Shown piece by piece: positions 1-11,796 of a stretch of DNA of 64,000 nucleotides (the stretch's first letter is position 1; the number at the start of each line of letters is the position of its first letter). The notes under the pieces are model-generated. The model was not told the origin of the DNA. It saw only the letters and a list, made by a program, of their open reading frames with translations, and made no database searches. The translations under genes were made by a program, and so were the position numbers. The DNA is from Octopus sinensis (Eukaryota): NCBI RefSeq assembly GCF_006345805.1, contig NC_043010.1, forward strand, positions 51,894,001 to 51,958,000. The letters are read 5' to 3'.

Positions 1-56
1 GTTGTCCTTGTGGCAAAATTTGAAACCATTATTATTATTATTATTTTTATGGCAAG

Positions 57-415
57 TAAGGCGGCAAGTTGGCAGAATCATTAGTACGCCGGACGAAATG
101 CTTAGCGGTATTTCATCTGCTGCTACGTTCTGAGTTCAAATTCTGCCAAGGTCGACTTTGCCTTTCATCCGTTCGGGGTCGGTTAACTAAGTACCAGTTA
201 TGCACTGAGGTCGATATAATCGACTTAATCCGTTTGTCTATCCTTGTTCATCCCCTCTGTGCTTAGTCCCTTGTGGATAGTAAAGAAATAGGTATTTCGT
301 CTGTCTTCATCTTCTAAGTTCAAATGCTGCCAGGGTCGACTTTGCTTTTCATCTTTTCAGGGTCGATAAATTAAGTGCCAGTTACACACTGGGGTCGATG
401 TAATAGACTTATCTC
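57..415 (+). mobile_element. Family-A SINE plus an adjacent partial copy
   Basis: Head aaggcggcaagttggcagaatc...gagttcaaattc, body gtcgactttgcctttcatcc...gtaccagttatgcactgaggtcga. Confidence 0.8.
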
Positions 416-571
416 CTACCCCCCCCCCAAAAAAAAAACTTCAGGCTTTGTGCCTATAATAGAAAGGATTATTATGATGGCAAGCTGGCAGAATTATTAG
501 CACACCACACAAAATGCTTGGCAGCATTTCTTCTGGTTTTACATTACTGTTATCTTCTGTCATTCATCTAG

Positions 572-737
572 GCAGTAAGTTTCTGTATACAACACATGGC
601 TGGACATTGGTGAGTGCTGTCTTGGAGAAATCTTCAAATATATCTTTAACGAAGATGATGCCCTCAGTGTTCAGAGACCTCGGACTTCACAACACCTACC
701 TGGACAGGAATAAACCCATCATATATAACAGATCCAG
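572..737 (+). CDS. LACTB: LACTB penultimate coding exon
   Basis: Acceptor ctag|gc at 571/572, donor ag|gtgagg at 737/738. Encodes GSKFLYTTHGWTLVSAVLEKSSNISLTKMMPSVFRDLGLHNTYLDRNKPIIYNRSR, recognisably like vertebrate LACTB (GSQFLYSTFGYTLLAAIVE...EPVIYNRAR). Ends in phase 2. Confidence 0.93.
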
Positions 738-1938
738 GTGAGGAGAAACTCTTCCTTATTACTTATTATTATGGAATTTTTATCACTTCTTTTTAAAATC
801 TTTTTTTACTTGTTTTCAGTCATTGGACTGTGGCCATGCTGGGTCACTGCCTTGAAGGGTTTTACTCAAACAAATTGATCCCAGGAGTTATTTTATTTTT
901 TCTTTAGCTTAATATTTATTCTAGTGGTCTCTTTTGCCAAACTTGGAGATTACGGGGATGTAAACAAACAAACACTGGTTGTCAAGCATTGATGGGGAGC
1001 AAATGAAACACAAACACAATGACATACACACACTTAGATATCAATGTATTGGGGTTTTTTTCAGTTTCCTTCAACCAAATCTACTCACAGGGCTTTGGTT
1101 AGCCTGGGGCTATAATAGAAGACACTTTCCCAGGATCCTGCCATGCAGTGGGACTGAACCCCAAACCACACGGTCACTGATCTTGTTAGGAGAAAAACAA
1201 TTAGTTTTAAATCTCTGAGCGAGAAATAAGTAGTAACAATACTACAGAGTAAAGTCTATTTTCCAATATAAAGTGACAGTCCTGATTGTGATGGTGTTAC
1301 TACCTTCTTTAGCCCCAGGAAAGCATCTTTTTCAGCTGGCTATCAATGTGCAACTGTGTCCTGATACTTTGAACAAGGAATACCTGTGGACCAATGGTAT
1401 CTTCATTGGCACAAGATCACTTTTGGCTAGAGATGGCAGAACTAGGTCGTGTTCAAGAGAAATTTAAAACTAATCATTTTTCTCCTTACAAGATCAGTGA
1501 CTGTGTGTCACTTTAGAAGTATATACCTCAAGTGAAGCCTAGTGGTGCCATCTCTAACCAAGGTTATCCTGTGCCAATGAAGAGAAATGATCCAGAAACC
1601 ATTGGTCCGCAGGTATTATTTAAGGCTGAGTGGGGACATTAGCTCCCTTGCTCGAGGTGTCACACAAATGGCACCCATGCCAGTGGAATGTAAAAGCACC
1701 CATTTCACTCTTGGAGTGGTTGACATTAGCAAGAGCATCCAGCCATAGAAACGATGCCAAATCAGACTGGAGTCTGGTGCAGCCTTCCAGCTTGCCAGCC
1801 TAGGTCAAACCGTCCAACCCATGCCAGCATGGACAATGGATGCTAAATGATGATGATGAATTGTAATAAATATGTGTAAATGTAATAAAAGGAAAAAAAT
1901 TTAAAGTGCATATAGATTTTTGGCCTACCCTGTATATA

Positions 1939-2940
1939 CAGGGGTTGGGCAAAATAATGGAAACACCTTAAAATTTCAAACAAATTTATTTTAGTATGGG
2001 GTAGGACTAACTTTGGTAGTAATTACAGCTTGAATTCTATGAGGTATGGACTCATACAAAGTTGTTCATTCTTCAGCTAAAACAGTCTCCATTTCTTGTA
2101 GTGATGATGGTGGAGGACATCAACTCATTTGTTTTTCTAAAATGCACCATAAATTTTCAATAATTATCTCGTTACTGCCCACAGGGGGCTAAACATAGAG
2201 GGGACAAACAAGGACAGACAAAGGGTTTAAGTCGATTACATCGACCCCAGTGCATAACTGGTACTTATTTAATTGACCCCAAAAGGATGAAAGGCTAAGT
2301 CGACCTTGGTGGAATTGAACTCAGAACGCAACGACAGCCGAAATACTGCTAAGCATTTCACCCGGCATGCTAACGTTTCTGCCAGTTCACTGTCCTAAAT
2401 GTTCGATAATACTGAAATCTGGGAACTGTAGTGGCCAGATAAGATGTTCAACTTCACTAGAATGTTCTGCCATTCAGTAGCAACTTTAGCTGTGTGAATT
2501 AGTGCATTATCATCCTGAAAGATTGTGTTTCCCTCCGGAAACAGTTCCGCAACCATAGGATGAATTTGAGCAGATTAAATACTTAAATAATCTTGACTAT
2601 TAATTCTGCCATGAAGGGAAACCATTGGGCCAGCAGATTTCCAAGATATAGCCCCCCCCCCTCCCACGATCCATGTTTAACAGTTGGAAGAAGATAGTCT
2701 GGGTCAAATGCTTCTTTTGGCTATCTTCACATGTATACTCGGCCGGTGGTCAGAATTAAGGTAAAGGATGACTTGTCTGAGAAAATAACATTCTTCCACT
2801 GCTCTAGGGACCAATTCTGTAGGTTTTTACTCCACTCTAAATGCTTTGCAACGTTTGTTTTTGAAAGTAGTGGTTTTCTGATTGCAGCCATCCCATGAAA
2901 TCTGGCTTTGTACAGCTCCCAGTGAACAGTTTTTGTGGAA
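1939..2940 (-). mobile_element. Degenerate Tc1-family transposon, 5'-truncated, in the last LACTB intron
   Basis: TA then TIR-like CAGGGGTTGGGCAAAATAATGGAAACA at 1939. Minus-strand fragments RKPLL..WKNVIFSDKS, FQDDNA..H, WPLQFPDFSIIENLW (degenerate DDE) with stops and frameshifts. Confidence 0.85.
2165..2395 (-). mobile_element. tRNA-derived SINE (family A) inserted in the Tc1 remnant
   Basis: Matches the family-A copies elsewhere in the window. Flanked by a 15-bp duplication, taaattttcaataat / taaatgttcgataat. Confidence 0.85.
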
Positions 2941-3127
2941 ACATATATATATATATATATATATATATACACTTATACCAGTGTTGTAGTTTCAGCAATT
3001 AGCACACTCTGTGACAGCCACCACTGTATGCCACTACTTCTTACACACTTTCTACCTACATACTTTTCTATCTATCTATTATTTCAATCCTGCTTTATAC
3101 CTGTTTTTATTTATGTATTCCTCTCAG

Positions 3128-3689
3128 GTTCTACAGTTTTTCAGAGAAAGGACAAGTGGTTAATGCTCCCTACGTTGATAATTCTTACAAATGGTCTGGT
3201 GGTGGATTCCTTTCAACTGCTGAGGACTTGATAAAATTTGGAAATGCCATGCTGTACAGCTTCCAGTTTGATGACTCTGGTGATAGCACATCTCCTTTGA
3301 ATACAAAAACAGAAGGACAAAGTGCACAAAACAAGAACAGCAATGAAGCCAGGTTGAAGGGCTATCTGAAGCGCAAAACAATGTTGAATCTGTGGAAACC
3401 TGTCGAAGGGACCAATACTTCTGCGGCCCCTAATATTTATTATGGCCTTGGTTGGAGTGTTATTCCTCTCAAACATGAGCATGCTTATTGCTTGAAGAAC
3501 CGTTTCTGTGCTTTCCATACTGGGAATGCTATTGGTTCTAGTAGCATTTTGCTTATGTTACCTCGAGATTCACTGCAAACGGAAGCTAACCCTCCCAAAG
3601 GAGTGGTAGTGGCTGCCATCTGCAATATTGGTGATGTTAGTTTACGTAAATTAGCCATATCTGTAGCTGATCTGTTTGATCGGGTATAG
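3128..3689 (+). CDS. LACTB: LACTB terminal coding exon, proximal copy A (186 aa + stop)
   Basis: Acceptor tattcctctcag|g, phase 2 matching the upstream exon. Encodes FYS...[32 protein letters not shown]...FHTGNAIGSSSILL...DLFDRV*. AATAAA at 3875-3880. Confidence 0.93.
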
Positions 3690-4633
3690 GAGTTTGGTGT
3701 TGTTACTGAAAGGACAAATGAAAGGGAAATCGAAGTCAGGAAGAAAATTTGGAAGAAACAAAGTAAACTTGAAGGAAAGAAAGAAAATCTAAATGAATGA
3801 AAAAGTAAATAATTGTAAGAAAGAAATAATGAACGAAAGGCTGAAAGAAAGAAATTAAAAAAAAACAACAAAGCAATAAAATTAATAACAAATAAGAACA
3901 TTTACTTTATTTCATTTTCAGTAAGACCCTGTGCAAGCATGGCTGTGTTGTTAAGAAGTTTGCTTTGCAATTGCATTGGTTTCAGGTTCAGTCTTACTGC
4001 AAGTGTCTTTTATTTACTATAACCCCAAGTCGACCAAAGCCTTGCGAAAACATCTTTCCAAGGTGCTGCATAGTGAGACTGAACCTGAAACTACATGGTT
4101 GCGAAGTGACTTCTTAACCACATAACCATATATCTGCATCGAAGGAGTAACGGGATTAAATATCGTTTATTGTTTTATCATAATGTGCTAACGAACGCGA
4201 TAGAAGAGATGTTTGAATTGGACTCGTTATATCATTGGTGCTGGGCTTTGTTTTTATTCTGTCTTTCTCTCTGGCAGCTGGGAAGGGGTCAACATGATAG
4301 CCTGATGAAATCTGAATTATCATTTTAATGTCCACTTTTCCATGCTTGCTTGGGGCAGATGGAGTTTAGTGAGGCAATACTTGCCTGTTTCTAAGCAAGG
4401 TAATATTCCCCCATGGCTAGATATGTTTACACACATTTTTGTAAAAGAATGATGCTAGGAAGGGCATCCAACCGTAGAAACAATGCCAAATCAGACTGGA
4501 ACCTGGTGCAGCTCTCTCTCTCTCTGGCTTATCAGTTCCAGTTAAACCATCCAACCCATGCCAGCATGGAAAGCAAATGCTAAATGATGATGATGATGAT
4601 GATGATGATAATACATACATACATATATATATA

Positions 4634-4891
4634 TATATATGAAAGAAAAAGGCATTCAGAATGCTAGATGGTTGTAAAAAAATATATATTTATTTACATG
4701 TCACATATTATTTCTTCATATTTTTTAGCACTTTCAACTACTCCTGTAGTTTCATCAGAAATATGACGAGACTGCAAGAGTTGTTGAAAGTGCTATAAAA
4801 AAATGAAGAAATAATATGTGATATGTAAATAAATATATATTTTTTTTTTACAACCATCCAGCATTCTGAACGCCTTTTTCTCTCATATATA
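4634..4891. repeat. Fold-back inverted repeat, ~110-bp arms
   Basis: 4640-4750 is the near-perfect reverse complement of 4771-4885; spacer of 20 nt or less. Confidence 0.9.
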
Positions 4892-5882
4892 TTAAATCTG
4901 TACATCACCCCCAATACTTCTAACATATATGTACATATATACATATATAACCCATGCTAGCATGAAAAACGGATGTTAAACAATGATGATGAGATATATA
5001 AAGAGAGGGATAGACAGGCAGCTATATATATACATATATCTTTTGGCACTGTGTATCAATTATGATGATAATTAACAATGGATTAAATTACCATTTTCTT
5101 CTGAAGATCTGGTGTTTCAAGTTCATTATGCAATTTCTGAACAACACACTAACACGTGTAAAGATTATGTAATTTATGATGTTATAATAAAAAGATAAAC
5201 TAAATTTCCTGTTTTATTCTGTTCTCCTATATATCTATATAGATAGATGTGTATGTATATATATATATATACACACCTAGCATTCTTTCAATAGTTAATC
5301 TATCTTTCCTTCTATTTGTCACCCTCCTACCTTCTTAGAACATATTCTGTGCATATCAGGCAACACATATCAAAGATGGTTAATATTGTTTATAGTAATT
5401 CTGTTCTTAGTGTATCAATTGTTTTTTCCTTTTTTCCAAATCTAATAATACAAATGCAAATTCAACAATAAAGTCAGACTGAAGTTGCTTTATGTTTAGA
5501 AATAGCTTAAAGTTTGTATGTTTATAGTTATGGCAAAGTGTGAGTTTCAGTGCTATGACAGCAACTACCATGTACCACTACTTATCTGTCTGTTCGTCTA
5601 TCTATCTATCATCCATCAGTCTATCTCTACATCTTTGTTTGTCTATTTCAGTCTGTCTGTCTCTCCATCTCTTTGTCTGTTTCTCCATCTATCTTTCCAT
5701 CTACTTATCAATCTATCTATTTACTGGTCTGACTCTTTATCCATCTGTCTGTCTAACTCTCCATCTATCTATCAATCTATTACCTTTCTATCTTTCCCTC
5801 TATCTTGCTATCTATCCATCCAATTATCTATCTGTCAATCAATCAATCCTGCTTTATACCTGTGTTTATGTATTCCTCTCAG

Positions 5883-6426
5883 GTTCTACAGTGTCTCAAA
5901 GAATGGACAAATGGTTAATGCTCCCTACATTGACAATTCTTACAAGTGGGCTGGTGGTGGATTTCTTTCAACTGCTGAGGACTTGATAAAATTTGGAAAT
6001 GCCATGCTGTACAGCTTCCAGTTCGATGATAATGTATCACCTTTGAGTACAAAAACAGGACAAGGTATGCAAAACAAAGAGGAAGCCAGGTTGAAGGGCT
6101 ATCTGAAGCGCAAAACAATGTTGGATCTGTGGAAACCTGTTGAAGGGGCCAAAGTCTCTGAAGCTAATGATATTTACTATGGACTTGGGTGGGAGCTAAT
6201 TCCTTTCAAACATGAGCATGCTTATTGCTTGAAGAACCGTTTCTATGCTTTCCATACTGGGAATGCTGTTGGTGCTAGTAGCATTTTGCTTATTTTACCT
6301 CGAGATTCACTGCAGTCAGAGACTAACCCTCCCAAAGGAGTGATAGTGACTGCCATCTGCAATATTGGCGAGGTTAGTTTGCGTAAATTGGCCTTGTCTG
6401 TAGCTGATCTGTTTGATCGGGTATAG
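5883..6426 (+). CDS. LACTB: LACTB terminal coding exon, distal copy B (180 aa + stop)
   Basis: Identical acceptor tattcctctcag|g, phase 2. Encodes FYS...[32 protein letters not shown]...[17 protein letters not shown]...DLFDRV*. Frame intact. Confidence 0.93.
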
Positions 6427-6469
6427 GAGTTTGGTGTTGTTACTGACTAACTGAACGAAAGACAACGAA

Positions 6470-7150
6470 AGAGAAATTGAAGTAAAAAAGAAAGAAAATT
6501 TGGAAGAATGAAAGGAAAATTGATGAAGAAATAAAGAAAAATGACAAAGAAAATTTAGAAGAATGAAAGAAAAAATAATAAAGAAAAAGAAAATTGATAA
6601 AGAAATAAAGAAAAATGATAAAGAAAATTTGGAAGAGTGAAAGAAAAAATGGTGAAGAAATAAAGAAAAATGATAAAGAAAATTTGGAAGAATGAAAGAA
6701 AAAATGATAAAAAAAATTTGGAAGGATGAAAGAAAAAATGATAAAAAAAATTTGGAAGGATGAAAGAAAAAAATGATAAAAAAAATTTGGAAGGATGAAA
6801 GAAAAAATAAGGAAATAAAGAAAAATGATAAAGAAAATTTGGAAGAATGAAAGAAAAAATGATTAAAGAAATAATGAAAAATGATAAAGAAAATTTGGGA
6901 GAATGAAAGAAAAAATAAAGAAATAAAAAAATGATAAAGAAAATTTGGAAGGATGAAAGAAAAAATGATAAAGAAATAAAGAAAAATGATAAAGAAAATT
7001 TGGAAGAATGAAAGAAAAAATAAGGAAGAAAGAAAATCTAGAAAAAAAATGGAAGAAAACATAAGAAAATTTGACAGAATGACAGAAAAAATAAGAAGAA
7101 AGAAATAATAAATGAAAGAAAAAATAAGAAGAAAGAAATAATGAATGAAA
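6470..7150 (+). repeat. Purine-rich degenerate tandem repeat 3' of LACTB copy B
   Basis: Recurring aaagaaaatttggaag(a/g)atgaaagaaaaaatgat units. Confidence 0.85.
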
Positions 7151-7554
7151 GAAATAAAAACGAAATTAATAGTCAAAAAACAATAACAGCATTTGATCTC
7201 ATTTTCATTAAGAATTATGACCATATTATAAATGTGGTGATAGGAGTAAATGTGGTTTATTGTTTTCTTATAATGTAATAACATTGTGGAAGTGATGTTT
7301 CAGTTGAATCTTGTTATAATCCTGGTATTGATCTTTGTTATATTGTCTTTCTCTGTTGCACCTGAGAAGGGACCAGCATGGTAAACCCTATTGAATTTGA
7401 ATCACTTTAAAAATTTATTTTTTTAATAAAGTTAGTCATTCCTGACCAAAGATATTCCAGCTGTGGCCACCCCATCTTAATCTTTTTTTTTTAACATAGT
7501 CTATCTAAGACTATATTGTTTAATGTGTTCTTCCCGTTGCTGTTTGTTTGTTTG

Positions 7555-7935
7555 TTGAGCAAAGCAGTCTTCGTCCGAGAGCTCGCAAGATCGCGCCTCA
7601 GGAGAAGTCCAAAACGTGGTCCTTTGCTATTCGTAAGAGCCGCAGAAGAGAAAGCAGGTCAGCCCCCGACACCCAGAGCATCGACGGATGGATGAATGTG
7701 CATCCAGGCTCAGCGGTTGCGTAAGTAGTCGGGGATAAGAAACAGGAAGAAAGAGTGAGAGAAAGTTGGAGCGAAAGAGTACAACAGGGGTCGCCAGCAC
7801 CCCCTGCCGGAGCCTCGTGGAGCTTTAGGTGTTTTCTCTCAATAAACACACACAACGCTCGGTCTGGGAATCGAAACCGCGATCCTCCAACCGCAAGTCC
7901 GCTGCCCTAACCACTGGGCCATTGCGCCTCCACTC
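7555..7935 (-). mobile_element. tRNA-derived SINE (family D head)
   Basis: Minus strand has A-box ggcccagtggttagg and B-box ggtttcgattccc. Shares its body with the copy at 15160-15455. Confidence 0.75.
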
Positions 7936-8249
7936 CCGTTGCTGTTGTTTAGCGTCATGATCAAAGCCATTCCAGTTGTGGCCTTTTCACCCTTAGTATG
8001 TCCTTTTTGCTTACAAGGTGACCCCACCAGTGCTAGTACCACAAAGAGCACCTAGTACACTCTGTAAAGCTTCATCATCATTTAACATCCATTTCCCGTA
8101 CTTGCTTGGGACAGATGAAATTTGGTGAAGCAAATTTTTTTACAGTTGGATGTCCTTCCTATCACCAACCCTCACCTTTCTCCATAAGGTCAGACATGCT
8201 TTCCACAGAAGACTGAAAATGAACAACATAGTTTATATGATGGTAACTT

Positions 8250-9243
8250 TTACTCTTTTACTTGTTTCAGTCATTTGACTGTGGCCATGCTGGAGCACCG
8301 CCTTTAGCCGAGCAAATCGACCCCAGGACTTATTCTTTGTAAGCCTAGTACTTATTCTATTGGTCTCTGTTGCTGAACCGCTAAGTTACAGGGACGTAAA
8401 CACACCAGCATCGTTTGTCAAGCGATGTTGGGTGGGGGGGGGGGAATAAACACAGACACACAAACATATACACACATACATATATATATGACAGGCTTCT
8501 TTCCGTTTCCGTCTACCAAATCCACTCACAAGGCTTTAGTCGGCCTGAGGTTATACAAGACACTTGCCCAAGGTGCCACACAGTGGGACAGAACCCGAAA
8601 CCATGTGGCTCATAAGCAAGCTACATACCACACAGCCACTTGTTTACAATCATCACATGTCAAGACATGAGTACACACATACAGAATGGGCTTCTATTTT
8701 CCGAATCCACGCACAAGGCTTTAGTTGGCTCATGGCTATAGTAGAAGACACCCAAGTTACCACCCAGTGGGATTGAACCTGAGACCATATGGCGAGGAAG
8801 CAAGTTTTCTTACCAGACAGTCACACCTGTACCCAAAGGTGGTGGGTAACTGATTTGAGTAGCGACAACTCAAGTTCTTGAGAGGGCTTTTTAATATTGC
8901 TGACGGCAAGGTAACCTCTGTAGAGTTGGTGCCATGAAAAAATATCCCCAGTACACTCTGTAAACTGGTTGGTGTTAGAAATGCTTTATAGCCATTGCAT
9001 TATGTCAAACTGTCCAAATGGATGTAAAATAATGATGGTGTATACTCTTTTACTTGTTTCAGTCATTTGACTGTGTTCATGCTGGAGCACCGCCTTTAGT
9101 CGAACAAATTGACCCCAGGACTTATTCTTTGGAAGCCTAGTACTTATTCTATTGGTCTCTTTTGCCGAACTGCTAAGTTACAGGGACGTAAACACACCAG
9201 CATCGGTTGTCAAGCGATGTTGGGGGGACAAACACAGAAACAT

Positions 9244-9274
<31 letters not shown>

Positions 9275-10365
9275 CATATATACGATGGGCTTCTTTCAGT
9301 TTCCGTCTGCCAAATCCACTCACAAGGCTTTGGTCGGCCCGAGGTTATAGTAGAAGACACTTGCCCAAGGTACCATACAGTGGGACTATTCACTTGTTAC
9401 TTGTTTGAGCGAAGCCATGCTGTTAATGTTCATTATTGATATGACATTGACCAGTTGATCTGTACTTTCAAATAACATCTAGCCATTAAAATCCTGGCCA
9501 AAAGTCATTTCTCATCCGAGCCTTGGAAGGAAGCAAAAAAAAAGAATTTTTTTAAGCAAATGAGCACACACTTTTTCACACAAAATAGTTTTCTGATCAA
9601 CCCAAGGCTAAAATACATAAAAAGAAGACACTTGTTCAAGGTTCCACACAGCCACACAAACTCTGAACCATAAGGCTGTGAAAAGAACTTTACTATATTT
9701 ATGCCTATACCTTAAAAAGACATCAGTTTATAACATTCATTATTGTTTGACATCCACTTATCCATGCTTGCATGGATCAGAAAGAATTTGTTGAGGCAAA
9801 TTTTCTATGGCCAGATGTCCCTCCTGTCACCAATCCTCACCTGTTTCCCCATGGTCAAGACATTTTCTATGGAAGACTAGAAATGAATAACATCATTTGT
9901 ATGACAACAATGTCCATGAAGGTTCCACACGGCCGATCAAATTCAAAACCATAAGGTTACTCTTTTACTTGTTTCAGTCATTGGACTGCGGCCATGCTGG
10001 AGCACTGCCTTTAGTCGAGCAAATCGACCCCAGGACTTATTCTTTGTAAGCCTAGTACTTATTCTATTGGTCTCTTAAGCCGAACTGCTAAGTTACGGGG
10101 ATGTAAACACACCAGCATCGGTTGTCAAGTGATGTTGGGGGGACAAACACAGACACACAAACATATATATACATACACATATATACGACGGGCTTCTTTC
10201 AGTTTCTGTCAACCAAATCCACTCAAGGCTTTGGTCAGCCCAAGGCTATAGAAGAAGATACTTGCCCAAGGCTATAGAAGAAGATACTGCCCAAGGAGCC
10301 ACACAGTGGGACTGAAACTGGAACCATGTGGTTGGTAAGCAAGCTACTTACCACACAGCCACTCT
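8250..10365 (-). mobile_element. Three near-full family-B SINEs in tandem (~8250-8645, ~9045-9390, ~9958-10365) plus fragments
   Basis: Repeated tactcttttacttgtttcagtcatttgactg...(CA/TA)n...ccaaatccactcacaaggc...cttgcccaagg. Other copies near 800, 28130, 30830, 35335, 36520, 49925, 60980 and 63110. Confidence 0.85.
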
Positions 10366-11641
10366 GAGCTTTACCCCATTCATAGTTGTACCCTAACAGA
10401 ACTCCATCATGTTAAGACAAGGGCACACTCAAACACACACACACACATACATACAATGGACCTCTTTCAGTTCCCATCTACTAAATCCACTCAAGCATTT
10501 GGTTGGTCTAGTACTATAGAAAACATTTGCCCAAAGTACTACAGAAAGCACTTGTCCTGCTGCACAGTGGGACTGAACCAAAGACTACATGGTTGGGAAC
10601 CAGCTTCTCAACCACACGACCAGTATATTATATATAAAAAAAAATATAGAAACATTTAGTTAATACTTTTATTTCTGTTTATGATATAAAGGGATCAATA
10701 TCTTACAGAGCAAGGGGACTGGAAAGAAAGGAAGAAAATGAGGAAAATTAATCCTGTCTGTGTTTAAAAAACCAATTAGATGTCACGGTTATAAAGTCAC
10801 TGATGTTGGAGATGATGATGATGATAAATGATGGAGACTCATTGTAAAAAAAACCAATTATTTTTTTTATATCATTCTGGCGATCTTTCGATATAGGAAT
10901 CATTTATAAACCATGTGCGTTTGTTTACATTTCTGAAGATGATAGTTGGTTTCTGTAAAAAAATTTTTATTTTTTTAATATGGTGTTGGAGGAAAAGGGG
11001 ATCTTTTGATATCTGCGTGAAAGTGAAAGAGATAGAGAGAGTGCGAATATATGAGGAAAGTTCTTATGAAGTTGGCGTGAAGCGGAAGAATTGATGTGTG
11101 TGTGTGTGTGTGTTTGATAGTGTGTGCAAGACAGAATGTGTGGTGTGTACGTGAATTGCTTTTGTTAGTGTGAGTGTGAAGAGAGAGAGAGAGAGTAATG
11201 TTGCTGGTGTGTGTGTATGTGTGTGAGAGAGAGATAACTGAAATTTTTTAATTCACTTTTTGTAGTGAGTGAATGTGTGAGTGATTGACAGAGAAAAAGC
11301 GAGAGAGAGAGAGAGAGAGGAGGGAGGGAGAGGTTATGTATGTATGTATGTATGTATGACTTCAGTGACACACACACACACACACACATGCCAACTTCAA
11401 AAGAATTTCCCTGATCAAATCGCACTCTCTCTGTCTCTTTCACTTTTATGCTGACTTCAAAAGATACCCTTTCCCTCCAACCTATATGTAAAAAAATAAA
11501 TATTTATGGAAACCGCTGATGTTATTCAGAAAAGTAAATAAACACACGTGGTTTTATAATTTTATAAGTAACAGTTGTGTTACTAGTACCGTAAGATGGC
11601 CCATTATTCCTTTTAAAATACATACATACATCTGAGAAATA

Positions 11642-11681
<40 letters not shown>

Positions 11682-11778
11682 TTAGTCGAGATGAAAAGAG
11701 ATTCTTCACTGTGTCTTTGGTTTTTTGGTAATCTATTTCTTCAGGAAATTTAGGACCACACTAGAGACTTTTTCCACC

Positions 11779-11796
11779 TCATAATTCAGTTTTTTT
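11779..11796 (-). CDS. MESD: MESD exon 5 coding part: KKTEL* (ER-retention signal)
   Basis: Acceptor tttataacag| then AAA AAA ACT GAA TTA TGA. Phase 0 fits the exon 4 donor. MESD orthologues end in KDEL-like signals. Confidence 0.8.
   Translation of the reverse strand, partial: KKTEL

Noticed and set aside
1200-1620. Possible extra LACTB exon in non-repetitive-looking intronic sequence
   Set aside because: No LACTB similarity in the frames I read, and exon 572-737 joins 3128 or 5883 with no missing residues relative to the family.
5062-5140. C/D-box snoRNA (ATGATGA ... CTGA)
   Set aside because: No terminal stem, no C' box and no recognisable rRNA complementarity; such motifs are common in this AT-rich DNA.
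5518-5882. N-terminal extension of the 302-aa ORF
   Set aside because: (TATC/TGTC)n intronic microsatellite upstream of a clear acceptor at 5882.
3128-6426. Bacterial beta-lactamase by horizontal transfer, or allelic haplotype mis-assembly
   Set aside because: The spliced structure and motifs match animal LACTB. About 18% protein divergence and different flanking sequence are too much for alleles.
6316-7284. 322-aa hydrophobic ORF on the minus strand
   Set aside because: Translation of the stop-poor complement of a purine-rich tandem repeat; no homology features.
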